Positions 1 through 6,863 of a DNA stretch of 64,000 nucleotides are shown piece after piece. Under the pieces are notes generated by a model. That model ran no database searches, was not told the DNA's origin, and saw only the letters and a program-made list of their open reading frames with translations. Location of the stretch: positions 60,446-124,445 of the forward strand of contig DAIQCC010000001.1 in the NCBI GenBank assembly GCA_036780865.1, written 5' to 3'. A program made the position numbers and the translations under genes. The stretch is from Solirubrobacterales bacterium (GTDB lineage Bacteria > Actinomycetota > Thermoleophilia > Solirubrobacterales > 70-9). Numbering within the stretch: the first letter of the stretch is position 1; each line of letters begins with the position of its first letter.

Positions 1-50
1 AAAGGACTACCAGCACTTCTCCGCTTCGGGCCGCTGAGTTCTCCGCCAGA

Positions 51-395
51 TCAGGACTGGCTGGCCCGGGAGACGAAGTCCGCCAGCTGGTCGATCTCCT
101 GCGGCGTCAGTTCGTCCTTGAAGGCCGGCATCGATCCGCCACCGTTCTCGATCTGCGAGCGCACCTGGTCGACGCTCAGGTTCAGGCCGTCGAGTTCAGG
201 GCCGAGCGGACCTTCGGCATCCGCCTCGGAGAGCGTGTGGCAGCCCGCGCAACTGGCATCGAAGAGCTCGATCGCCGCCGCATCCGGGCCGCTGGCGGCC
301 GGACTTCCGCTGTCACCCGAGCCGCCGTCGTCGCTGCCGCCACAACCGGCAAGGATCGCCGCCGGGACGATCAGGAACAGAATGAGTTTCTTCAT
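51..395 (-). CDS. c-type cytochrome (class I), predicted lipoprotein
   Basis: 114-aa ORF with a lipobox (ILAGC), one CAGCH heme-attachment motif and a downstream GGSMPAF Met-ligand region. 4-nt ATGA overlap with the upstream ORF. Confidence 0.8.
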   Translation of the reverse strand: MKKLILFLIVPAAILAGCGGSDDGGSGDSGSPAASGPDAAAIELFDASCAGCHTLSEADAEGPLGPELDGLNLSVDQVRSQIENGGGSMPAFKDELTPQEIDQLADFVSRASQS

Positions 396-793
396 GCTTT
401 CACCACCATCTTGATGCTTCGGTCCCGATGAGCGGAACAGTTGGTCATGTAGGTACCTTCGCGGAGCAGGGGTATTTTCATCGTCTGGCCGGGGGAAATT
501 GCGAAACCCGAAACAAACTGGGTCGAACTGTCCCGGTTCTCGACGACCAGCGTGTCGCCCACCCGGGCCTCGATGCGATCCGGAATGCCCTCCACCTGCT
601 GGCCCGCATTCACCTTTTGCGAGGTGCCCGACGGGATGATCAGGCGAACCGTTTCACCCCGGTCTTCTCCGGATCCTCCGCAGGCCGCGAGCACCAGGCT
701 GGCCAGGGCTGCCAGAAGCAGCCCGGCCAGCACGCTTCGGGTCCGGCCCCGGGCCGGACCCTCGCGCTCGCAGGTGTTACTCGTCCCGGGCAA
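392..793 (-). CDS. secreted cupredoxin-like protein (putative)
   Basis: 133-aa ORF with a lipoprotein-type signal (LVLAAC). Beta-rich C-terminal part ends in C-x2-H-x6-M (NCSAHRDRSIKM), reminiscent of a type-1 Cu site. Overlaps both neighbours, suggesting translational coupling. Start could also be GTG at 733. Confidence 0.45.
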   Translation of the reverse strand: MPGTSNTCEREGPARGRTRSVLAGLLLAALASLVLAACGGSGEDRGETVRLIIPSGTSQKVNAGQQVEGIPDRIEARVGDTLVVENRDSSTQFVSGFAISPGQTMKIPLLREGTYMTNCSAHRDRSIKMVVKA

Positions 794-1361
794 GTGCGTC
801 GACCTGGACTTCGCCGGCCTTCTCGAAGGTCAGCGTTACCGGGATGGTGTCACCGGCGTTGATCTGGCCCTTGAGTTCCAACAGCATGATGTGAAAGCCG
901 CCCGGTTCCAGGGTGACGGTCTCACCGGCCGGGATCTCGAGCTGGTCGATCTGCTTCATGCCCATCATCGCGCCAGAGCCGCCGTGCATCCCGCTGGTTT
1001 CCCCTTCCATGCCCGAGTCACCCCCGGTGGTGTCCATGTCCTCGCTTCCGGAATCCATGCCGCCAGATTCCATCGAGTCCTCGGCAGCGGTCGGCTCGCC
1101 GCCCTCGGTCGTCGTTTCGTGTATTTCGGTCTTGCCGGCGATGCTGGTCGGCACCGCGGCGCTGGTCAGCGTGTCCCCGTCGGCCGAGTTAATGGTCATG
1201 TAGACCGCACCGGTGTCCTGGGTCGGGGTTGTGGCGCGGGCCCAGACGTCGGTTACCTCGACCGAGGGCGAGGATCCCGAGTCCGAATCATCGGATCCGC
1301 AGGCGGCGACGGCGATCCCCATCGAGAGGACGAGAGTCAAGAGCAGGGCTAGTTTCTTCAT
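777..1361 (-). CDS. PCuAC-type periplasmic copper chaperone (DUF461)
   Basis: 194-aa ORF with a lipoprotein signal (AVAAC). PCuAC-like blocks VTDVWARAT..GAVYMTI and GGFHIMLLELK with His/Met ligands. A Met/Asp/Gly/Ser-rich insertion lies between them. Confidence 0.8.
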   Translation of the reverse strand: MKKLALLLTLVLSMGIAVAACGSDDSDSGSSPSVEVTDVWARATTPTQDTGAVYMTINSADGDTLTSAAVPTSIAGKTEIHETTTEGGEPTAAEDSMESGGMDSGSEDMDTTGGDSGMEGETSGMHGGSGAMMGMKQIDQLEIPAGETVTLEPGGFHIMLLELKGQINAGDTIPVTLTFEKAGEVQVDALARDE

Positions 1362-1382
1362 TTGTTTTCTCCTTTTCGGGCG

Positions 1383-2048
1383 CTAGGCGTCCGGTTCACT
1401 GTTGTCTTGAAGCAGGGTTTCCAGGTCACGCGAGATCAGCTCCGGGTCGGTCTGGAATGGCCATTCGACCCGAACGATCCCGCGGTCGTCGACGGCAAAG
1501 ATCTGCGCGGTGTGGCTTACGTCGTACTCACCCTCCGCGTCGGGCTTGCCGAGTTTGTGGCTGGCACCGAAGACCTTCTCGGCCCGGGCCAGCTGGGCCG
1601 GCCGGGTGGTCCGAAGCGAGTGGAATTCCCCCTTCTCGAAGAAGTGACCGAGGTATCCGTTCAGGATCTTCCCGCTGTCACGCTTCGGGTCGACAGTGAC
1701 CATCGAGACCTGGACCTTTTCGCGCTGCTCCGGGTCCAGGTCGGCCAAGGCCAGCCGCAGGTCGGCCATCGAGGTCGGGCACACGTCGGGGCAGGAGGTG
1801 TAGCCGAAATAGACCAGCATCAGCCCGCCACCGTTGCCCTTCAGGGCGATCTCCCGGCCTTTTGACCCCGGACTTTCGTCCGGAAGGGTCACGCCGTCTG
1901 TCTTCGCGGGGGGATCCCGCGTTATTCCGCTCAGCCCGGGGCTGGATGTATCGCCACAGCCGACCGCCAGGACCGTGAGCAACACGGCCAGCGACGACAG
2001 GGAGAGAACCTTCCAGGTCCTGGCTGAACGAATTCCGAGAACCTCCAT
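1383..2048 (-). CDS. SCO1/SenC family copper chaperone / thiol-disulfide oxidoreductase
   Basis: Thioredoxin-fold block LMLVYFGYTSCPDVCP (CxxxC) plus a distal His (VSHTAQIF). I chose the internal ATG at 2048 (MEVLGIRS..), which gives a lipoprotein signal (LAVGC). The track ORF extends to 2333. Confidence 0.85.
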   Translation of the reverse strand: MEVLGIRSARTWKVLSLSSLAVLLTVLAVGCGDTSSPGLSGITRDPPAKTDGVTLPDESPGSKGREIALKGNGGGLMLVYFGYTSCPDVCPTSMADLRLALADLDPEQREKVQVSMVTVDPKRDSGKILNGYLGHFFEKGEFHSLRTTRPAQLARAEKVFGASHKLGKPDAEGEYDVSHTAQIFAVDDRGIVRVEWPFQTDPELISRDLETLLQDNSEPDA

Positions 2049-2103
2049 GGAGGCTCCTTTCGATTCGCAAATGTCCCGGCTACCCGCCGGGCAGTCTTCG
2101 GGT

Positions 2104-2406
2104 TCAGCCGAAGACGGGTGGTGCTCTCGGTCCGCCTGTTCCGAAGGACGGGGAAGCCGTCGCAAGGATCCGGAGAGCGGGAATCGCATGGCCGGGGGCC
2201 ATGGCCGGCCAAGGGCGTGCCCGAAGGGCTCTGGCCAGCTTCTCGATGATCTGCTCGCCGGGATAGAGACCGAGCAAGAGGAGGCCCAGCAGCCCCAGGA
2301 AGGGGGCGACCATGAGCAGGCCGGAAAGGTCATCGAGCAGCCCTGCCGCGCCCATGAGCAGGAGCAGGAGGGAGGCTACGATCATCGGTCCTTTGCGGGC
2401 CATCAT
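2104..2406 (-). CDS. small two-TM membrane protein (hypothetical)
   Basis: Last 100 codons of the 300-aa track ORF, starting at MMARKG. Two hydrophobic helices, same strand and just upstream of the SCO1 gene. The rest of the track ORF is antisense to the DUF1989 gene. Confidence 0.3.
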   Translation of the reverse strand: MMARKGPMIVASLLLLLMGAAGLLDDLSGLLMVAPFLGLLGLLLLGLYPGEQIIEKLARALRARPWPAMAPGHAIPALRILATASPSFGTGGPRAPPVFG

Positions 2407-2541
2407 CTCGATGGTACAACCATCGAGCGCACCAGGTGATGCGGTTTTCCACGGGTTATGATTCGGGTGAACCGTCGCACTGAGTTCGTAAGCACCGCTT
2501 CGATTAAGGAGTGCGACCCGACTGAAAGCGGGTGCGATGGC

Positions 2542-3123
2542 ATGTCTGGAATCTCTTTGGGGGTGGATCACGGAACGGCCTCCCGGTTCGATCTCGGGAC
2601 CGGTGACATGATCCGGATCGAGACCCCGGACGGGTCCCAGGGGGGTGACTTCAGCTTCCCCGGGTTCGACCAGGCGCTGACCCGCAACAAGCTCGGCTGG
2701 AAACGATTCAAGCGGCCCTGGCTGGTCTACTCGGCCGTGCCGGGCGACTCGCTCTTCGACGTCCACGGCGAGGCGACCTTCGAACTCACCGCATTGGAGG
2801 GCGAGGGCGTGGCCGACATCATGTATCCGGGCTGCTGGGACGAGGTGTACGAGGACCGCCGGCCCGGCTGCCAGGACCTGATCTCCTCGGCGCTTGACCT
2901 CGCCCGCAGCGAACTGGCCGGGATGCTCTCCTTCTTCATCGGTTACTCGGCCGACGATCTTGCCTACCGGGGGCTGGCCGGAATCGACCTCAAGCCAGGT
3001 GATCACCTCGAATTTCGCGCCCTCCGTCCGGTCAGCTGCGCGGTCTCCGCCTGCCCGGACCTGGAGATTCCGGGTTGGCGGCGCGGCAGCCTGCTGGTCA
3101 CCGTCACGGAGTCCGGCCAGTGA
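2542..3123 (+). CDS. DUF1989 family protein (urea-carboxylase-associated-like)
   Basis: Family call from memory of the DUF1989 pattern (GD.IRIE.PDG.Q..D...F..). Start placed at ATG 2542 (MSGISLGV). Stop overlaps the next start (GTGA). Confidence 0.55.
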   Translation: MSGISLGVDHGTASRFDLGTGDMIRIETPDGSQGGDFSFPGFDQALTRNKLGWKRFKRPWLVYSAVPGDSLFDVHGEATFELTALEGEGVADIMYPGCWDEVYEDRRPGCQDLISSALDLARSELAGMLSFFIGYSADDLAYRGLAGIDLKPGDHLEFRALRPVSCAVSACPDLEIPGWRRGSLLVTVTESGQ

Positions 3124-3983
3124 AATCGGCAGACACCTTCAGACTTGCCCTTGCCCAGCCTGCGGTCGACAGGGAAGTCGACGAGTCCGCGCGAGTGGAC
3201 GACGCAACGGCTCTGATCGCGTCCGCCGGGCGGGCCGGCGCCGACCTGGTGCTGTTCCCCGAGAGTTATCCGGGACCGATCACGGCCGGTCTGGAATGGG
3301 ACGCCTCGCAGGCGATCGCCGACGCCTGCCGGGAGGCCGGCGCGGCCGCCTGCTGGGGGCGGGTGGAACCGACCGGTGACGGACGCTTCGTGACAGTGGT
3401 CATCCTGACCAGTCGGCAAGGCGAGGAGATCGGGCGCTATCTGCGAAGCCATCCGGCAACCGGCGACGTGCATCCGGTCCTTTCCGGCGCTTCGATGGCC
3501 CCGGGACCGGAACCCGGCATCTTCGAACTGGACGGGCTGAGATTCGGAGTCGCGGTCTGCTCGGAGCTCTGGAATCCGGAACTCTGCAGGGTCCTGGCCT
3601 TGCGGGGGGCGGAGGTCCTCCTTGCTCCCGCCGGAGGCGGCTTTCATCGGGTCGCCGAGAACTGGAAGCTGATGGCCAGGGCAAGGGCGATCGAGAACGG
3701 GATCTTCGTGGGACTGACCCAGCAGCTTTTCGACGGTGAGTTCGGCTCGGCCCTGATCGCCGGACCGGAGGCTGTGCTTGCCGCGAGCGTTGAACCCGGG
3801 CTGGTGGTTGCCGACCTCGACCTCGAGCGGGCGAGATGGCTGCGAGGCCGGGACGACTCGATGGAGGAGCCGAAACCCTTCAGTTCCCTGCCCGGACTGC
3901 TCAGGGCACGCCGCCCCGAGCTCTACGGGGAGCTCGGGGCGGCGCGCGACGATCTCTACGACTTCGAGGCCGCCAGCACCTGA
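3120..3983 (+). CDS. carbon-nitrogen hydrolase (nitrilase superfamily)
   Basis: Conserved Glu block LVLFPES, catalytic Cys block AVCSELWNPE, and ARARAIENGIFV. GTG 3120 overlaps the upstream stop. Confidence 0.8.
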   Translation: MKSADTFRLALAQPAVDREVDESARVDDATALIASAGRAGADLVLFPESYPGPITAGLEWDASQAIADACREAGAAACWGRVEPTGDGRFVTVVILTSRQGEEIGRYLRSHPATGDVHPVLSGASMAPGPEPGIFELDGLRFGVAVCSELWNPELCRVLALRGAEVLLAPAGGGFHRVAENWKLMARARAIENGIFVGLTQQLFDGEFGSALIAGPEAVLAASVEPGLVVADLDLERARWLRGRDDSMEEPKPFSSLPGLLRARRPELYGELGAARDDLYDFEAAST

Positions 3984-5503
3984 GGTTCGGGGCGACCGAT
4001 CGGTCCGGGGAGATGCTCCCTCGCCGGACGCCCTTCTCCATCGGCTCCGCGCGTATCGTCACGGTCCGTCTTCGCGGCGTCCTTCTCGACCTCACCCCGC
4101 CCGGGGATCAGCAGGGCGAGGACCGCTCCGACCGCCAGCACCGCGACGGCCACGGGCATCGCCGCGACGACGCCGTCGGTGAAGGCCTGCGGACTGGTGA
4201 AGCCGCCGTTGGCCGCGAAGATCGAGGAAAGGACGGCGACACCCATCACACCGCCGATCTCGCGGATCGCATTGGTAGCGCCCGATGCCTTGCCGGTCTC
4301 CGATTCTCGAACCGAGGAGACCACGGTCGCGGCCGCGGTGGGGAAGACCAGCGCCATCCCGGTGCCCGCCATCATGAACGGCACGATCAGATCACCAAAG
4401 GCAGTGGTCGGACTGGTGATCGCGGTTATCCAGGCCAGGCCGCCCGCCTGAAGGACCAGGCCGCTGAAGATCAGCGGGCGGGTGCCAATCCGGTCGCTGA
4501 GGAAACCGGCCAGCGGCGCGACGAACATCGGCATCAGGGTCCAGGGGAGGGTGCGTAAGCCGGCCTCCAGCGGTCCCAGGCCCTGGGCTACCTGGAAGAA
4601 CTGGCTGAGCAGGAAGATCGCCCCGAAGGTTCCGAAGAACATCGTGAACGACAGCCCGTTCGTGGCGCTGAAGCCGCGGGAGCGGAAGAACCGCATCGGC
4701 AGCATGGGCTCCCGGGCACGTAGCTCCCAGGCGATGAAGGCACCGATCAGGGCGACGCCGATGATCAGCGAGGCCATGACCGTGGTGCTGGTCCACCCGA
4801 GCGACTCACCGCGGATGATTCCGAAGGTGACACCGAACAGTCCGGTCCCGACCAGGGCCAGACCGCGTAGGTCGAGGGCCTTGTCCGGACCGGTTGACTC
4901 GGGCAGCCTTCGCAGGGCGATGGGGATCAGGGCCAGACCAACCGGGACGTTCAGCCAGAAGATCCAGTGCCACGAGATGCCTTCGACGACTGCGCCGCCA
5001 AAGAGCGGACCCAGGGCGACGCCGAGTCCGCTGATGCCACCCCAGACACCCAGCGCTGCCCCGCGCTTCTCGGGCGGGAACGCGCCGGAGACCAGGGTGA
5101 GGGTGAGCGGCGTGACTATTGCCGCGCCGGCGCCCTGGATGGCCCGGGCTGCGATCAGCGCGTCCAGGCTGGGCGCCACGGCCGCGGCCGCGCTGGCCGC
5201 CGTGAAGATCCCGACCCCGATCGCGAACATGCGCCGCCGGCCGAATCGGTCGCCGAGGGCCGCGCCGGTAATCAGCAGCACGGCGAAGCTGAGCGTGTAC
5301 GCGTTGACGGTCCACTCGAGTGACTCGATCGTTCCGCCGAACTCGGCCTGAATCGATGGCAGTGCGACCCCGACCACCAGATTGTCGAGGGAGGTCATGA
5401 ACAGAGCCGCCCCCGTGATGATCAGCGTCCAGATTGCGCTCCTGGAGGAGGCGCCACCGTTGCCGGCAACGCCCCCTGCTGCGTTTGTCGTGTTGGCCGT
5501 CAT
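3956..5503 (-). CDS. MFS transporter, DHA2 (EmrB/QacA, 14-TMS) type
   Basis: 515-aa highly hydrophobic ORF. MFS motif A-like GDRFGRRRMF and DHA2-like length and TMS count. Confidence 0.85.
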   Translation of the reverse strand: MTANTTNAAGGVAGNGGASSRSAIWTLIITGAALFMTSLDNLVVGVALPSIQAEFGGTIESLEWTVNAYTLSFAVLLITGAALGDRFGRRRMFAIGVGIFTAASAAAAVAPSLDALIAARAIQGAGAAIVTPLTLTLVSGAFPPEKRGAALGVWGGISGLGVALGPLFGGAVVEGISWHWIFWLNVPVGLALIPIALRRLPESTGPDKALDLRGLALVGTGLFGVTFGIIRGESLGWTSTTVMASLIIGVALIGAFIAWELRAREPMLPMRFFRSRGFSATNGLSFTMFFGTFGAIFLLSQFFQVAQGLGPLEAGLRTLPWTLMPMFVAPLAGFLSDRIGTRPLIFSGLVLQAGGLAWITAITSPTTAFGDLIVPFMMAGTGMALVFPTAAATVVSSVRESETGKASGATNAIREIGGVMGVAVLSSIFAANGGFTSPQAFTDGVVAAMPVAVAVLAVGAVLALLIPGRGEVEKDAAKTDRDDTRGADGEGRPAREHLPGPIGRPEPQVLAASKS

Positions 5504-5518
5504 GCCGGCCCCCTTTCT

Positions 5519-5590
5519 GTGTGTGATTGGTTACTCACCTTGTTCGCCTGAAAAGTGTGTGATTGGTTACTCACTGTCTGCTCCTGAAAA
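5519..5590 (-). promoter_or_regulatory. tandem 36-bp duplication carrying two operator-like 16-mers between the tetR stop and the MFS start
   Basis: Plus-strand units are GTGTGTGATTGGTTACTCAC+16 nt at 5519-5554 and 5555-5590. The 16-mer core GTGATTGGTTACTCAC (5523-5538, 5559-5574) shares 11/16 positions with the palindrome at the tetR promoter. Confidence 0.5.
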
Positions 5591-5603
5591 AAGGCGGTTG
5601 CTG

Positions 5604-6236
5604 CTATCCGTTGCTGGCTGATTCGTCTGCACGCTGGAACGCGCACTCGCCTTCGAAATCGGCGAGTGTGTCGGCCCAGGGCTCGTTGACCTGGTTGGCG
5701 CCGATCGCGGTCATCACGTTGATCAGCATGCCGCCGGCCATCCACATCTTCAGTTCTTCCGGCGCTGCTTTCGAGTGCTCGGAGGCGACGGCAAAGAGGG
5801 TGGCGAAGCAGCGACGCATCGTGTCGCGGACGGCCGGGACCGACGGGGAGATCGCCTGGGCGTGAAGCTGTACCAGCAGCATCTCTCCCTGTTCCGCCAC
5901 CAGGTCGGCGTAGGCCTCGCCCATCACTTCGAGCGGTTCGCGGCCGTCCTTTGCGGCCTGGTCGGCGGCTTCGCTGAAGCTCTCACGCATCACTTCGCAT
6001 GAACGCTCGACCGCCGCGACGAAAAGATCTTCCTTGGTGGGGAAGAGCCGGAACAGGTATGCCTGGGAGATGCCGGCCCTCTTCGCGATCTCGACAGTGG
6101 GGGCGGCGTGGTAGCCCTTCTCGGCAAAGACCGGAATCGAGGCGGTGACGAGCTCCTCGCGCCGCTCTTCCGCGGTCGAGAGAGATCTCTCACCGGCCGA
6201 AGGAGCCCTTCTGGTCTTGTTCGAAGTCCGTGCCAT
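5604..6236 (-). CDS. TetR/AcrR family transcriptional regulator
   Basis: HTH block YHAAPTVEIAKRAGISQAYLFRLFPTKEDLF. ATG 6236 is preferred over the track GTG 6257 because the predicted -10 lies between them, implying a leaderless or short-leader mRNA. Confidence 0.85.
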   Translation of the reverse strand: MARTSNKTRRAPSAGERSLSTAEERREELVTASIPVFAEKGYHAAPTVEIAKRAGISQAYLFRLFPTKEDLFVAAVERSCEVMRESFSEAADQAAKDGREPLEVMGEAYADLVAEQGEMLLVQLHAQAISPSVPAVRDTMRRCFATLFAVASEHSKAAPEELKMWMAGGMLINVMTAIGANQVNEPWADTLADFEGECAFQRADESASNG

Positions 6237-6241
6237 CAGGT

Positions 6242-6273
6242 GTGAGTATGCACTCACTCACCCCATTTGTCAA
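6242..6273 (-). promoter_or_regulatory. putative tetR promoter overlapped by a palindromic operator
   Basis: On the minus strand: TTGACA (6273-6268), 17-nt spacer, CATACT (6250-6245). The palindrome GTGAGT-N4-ACTCAC (6242-6257) covers the -10. Confidence 0.45.
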
Positions 6274-6401
6274 GTGCAAATCGAGAATCCTCGGACGGGC
6301 AGGCTCGATGACCTTGAGTTTCTCGCCAAATAGCGCTCCTTTGTTCAATGTCATCGTCCACCGAAGGAAATCGAGGGTGACCGGGAAGCCAGCGGGCGAA
6401 C

Positions 6402-6430
6402 AAAGAAAAAGCCCCGGATCTCTCCGGGGC
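6402..6430 (-). terminator. intrinsic terminator (minus-strand orientation)
   Basis: GCCCCGGA-tctc-TCCGGGGC hairpin (6411-6430). On the minus strand it is followed by a U-rich tract (plus-strand AAAGAAAAA, 6402-6410). Confidence 0.7.
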
Positions 6431-6448
6431 CTTGATGAAAGAACCATC

Positions 6449-6568
6449 TGAGTTCTGTAGTCAAGCGGTGGCCGAAACAGTTCCTCGCGCAGCGCCACAG
6501 GTTCTGAGATCAGTTCTGAGGCGCTGGGGCCGGTCTGGGTGGTGCCTGTGACTGATTGACAGTGCTAC
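6449..6568. repeat. copy 1 of a duplicated non-coding module downstream of nrdJ
   Basis: GTTCTGTAGTCAAGCG (6452-6467) plus a 99-nt core (6470-6568). The core matches 6717-6815 at 94/99 positions. Confidence 0.85.
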
Positions 6569-6649
6569 TGAGAGCCGCAAAGTCCAATCTCAGTTTCTGT
6601 GGCCAAGCCAGGTGCCGTCTGGACCGGAGGGGCAGTTCAACGCGGAATC

Positions 6650-6815
6650 TGAGGTTCTGTAGTCAAGCGAGGGGCTGTTTCGGCCGGAGGGACAGTACCC
6701 AGACGTACGGCCCGTAGGCCGAAACAGTTCCTCGCGCAGCGCTACAGCGCCTCAGATCAGTTCTGAGGCGCTGGGGCCGGTCTGGGTGGTGCCTGTGACT
6801 GATTGACAGTGCTAC
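6650..6815. repeat. copy 2 of the duplicated non-coding module, with extra spacer sequence
   Basis: GTTCTGTAGTCAAGCG (6654-6669), a 47-nt spacer (6670-6716, versus 2 nt in copy 1), then the 99-nt core (6717-6815). Contains the perfect hairpin GCGCCTCAGA-tcagt-TCTGAGGCGC (6747-6771). Confidence 0.85.
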
Positions 6816-6863
6816 GCACGGCAAATGGTCACAGGCGCCGATACAGACCGAGCATCCAGCGTC

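Noticed and set aside
6449-6815. CRISPR array or DGR template/variable repeat interpretation of the two about 100-nt repeats
   Set aside because: There are only two copies, of about 100 nt, with an 81-nt non-spacer-like gap and no cas genes. There is no reverse transcriptase, and the five differences are not adenine-specific.
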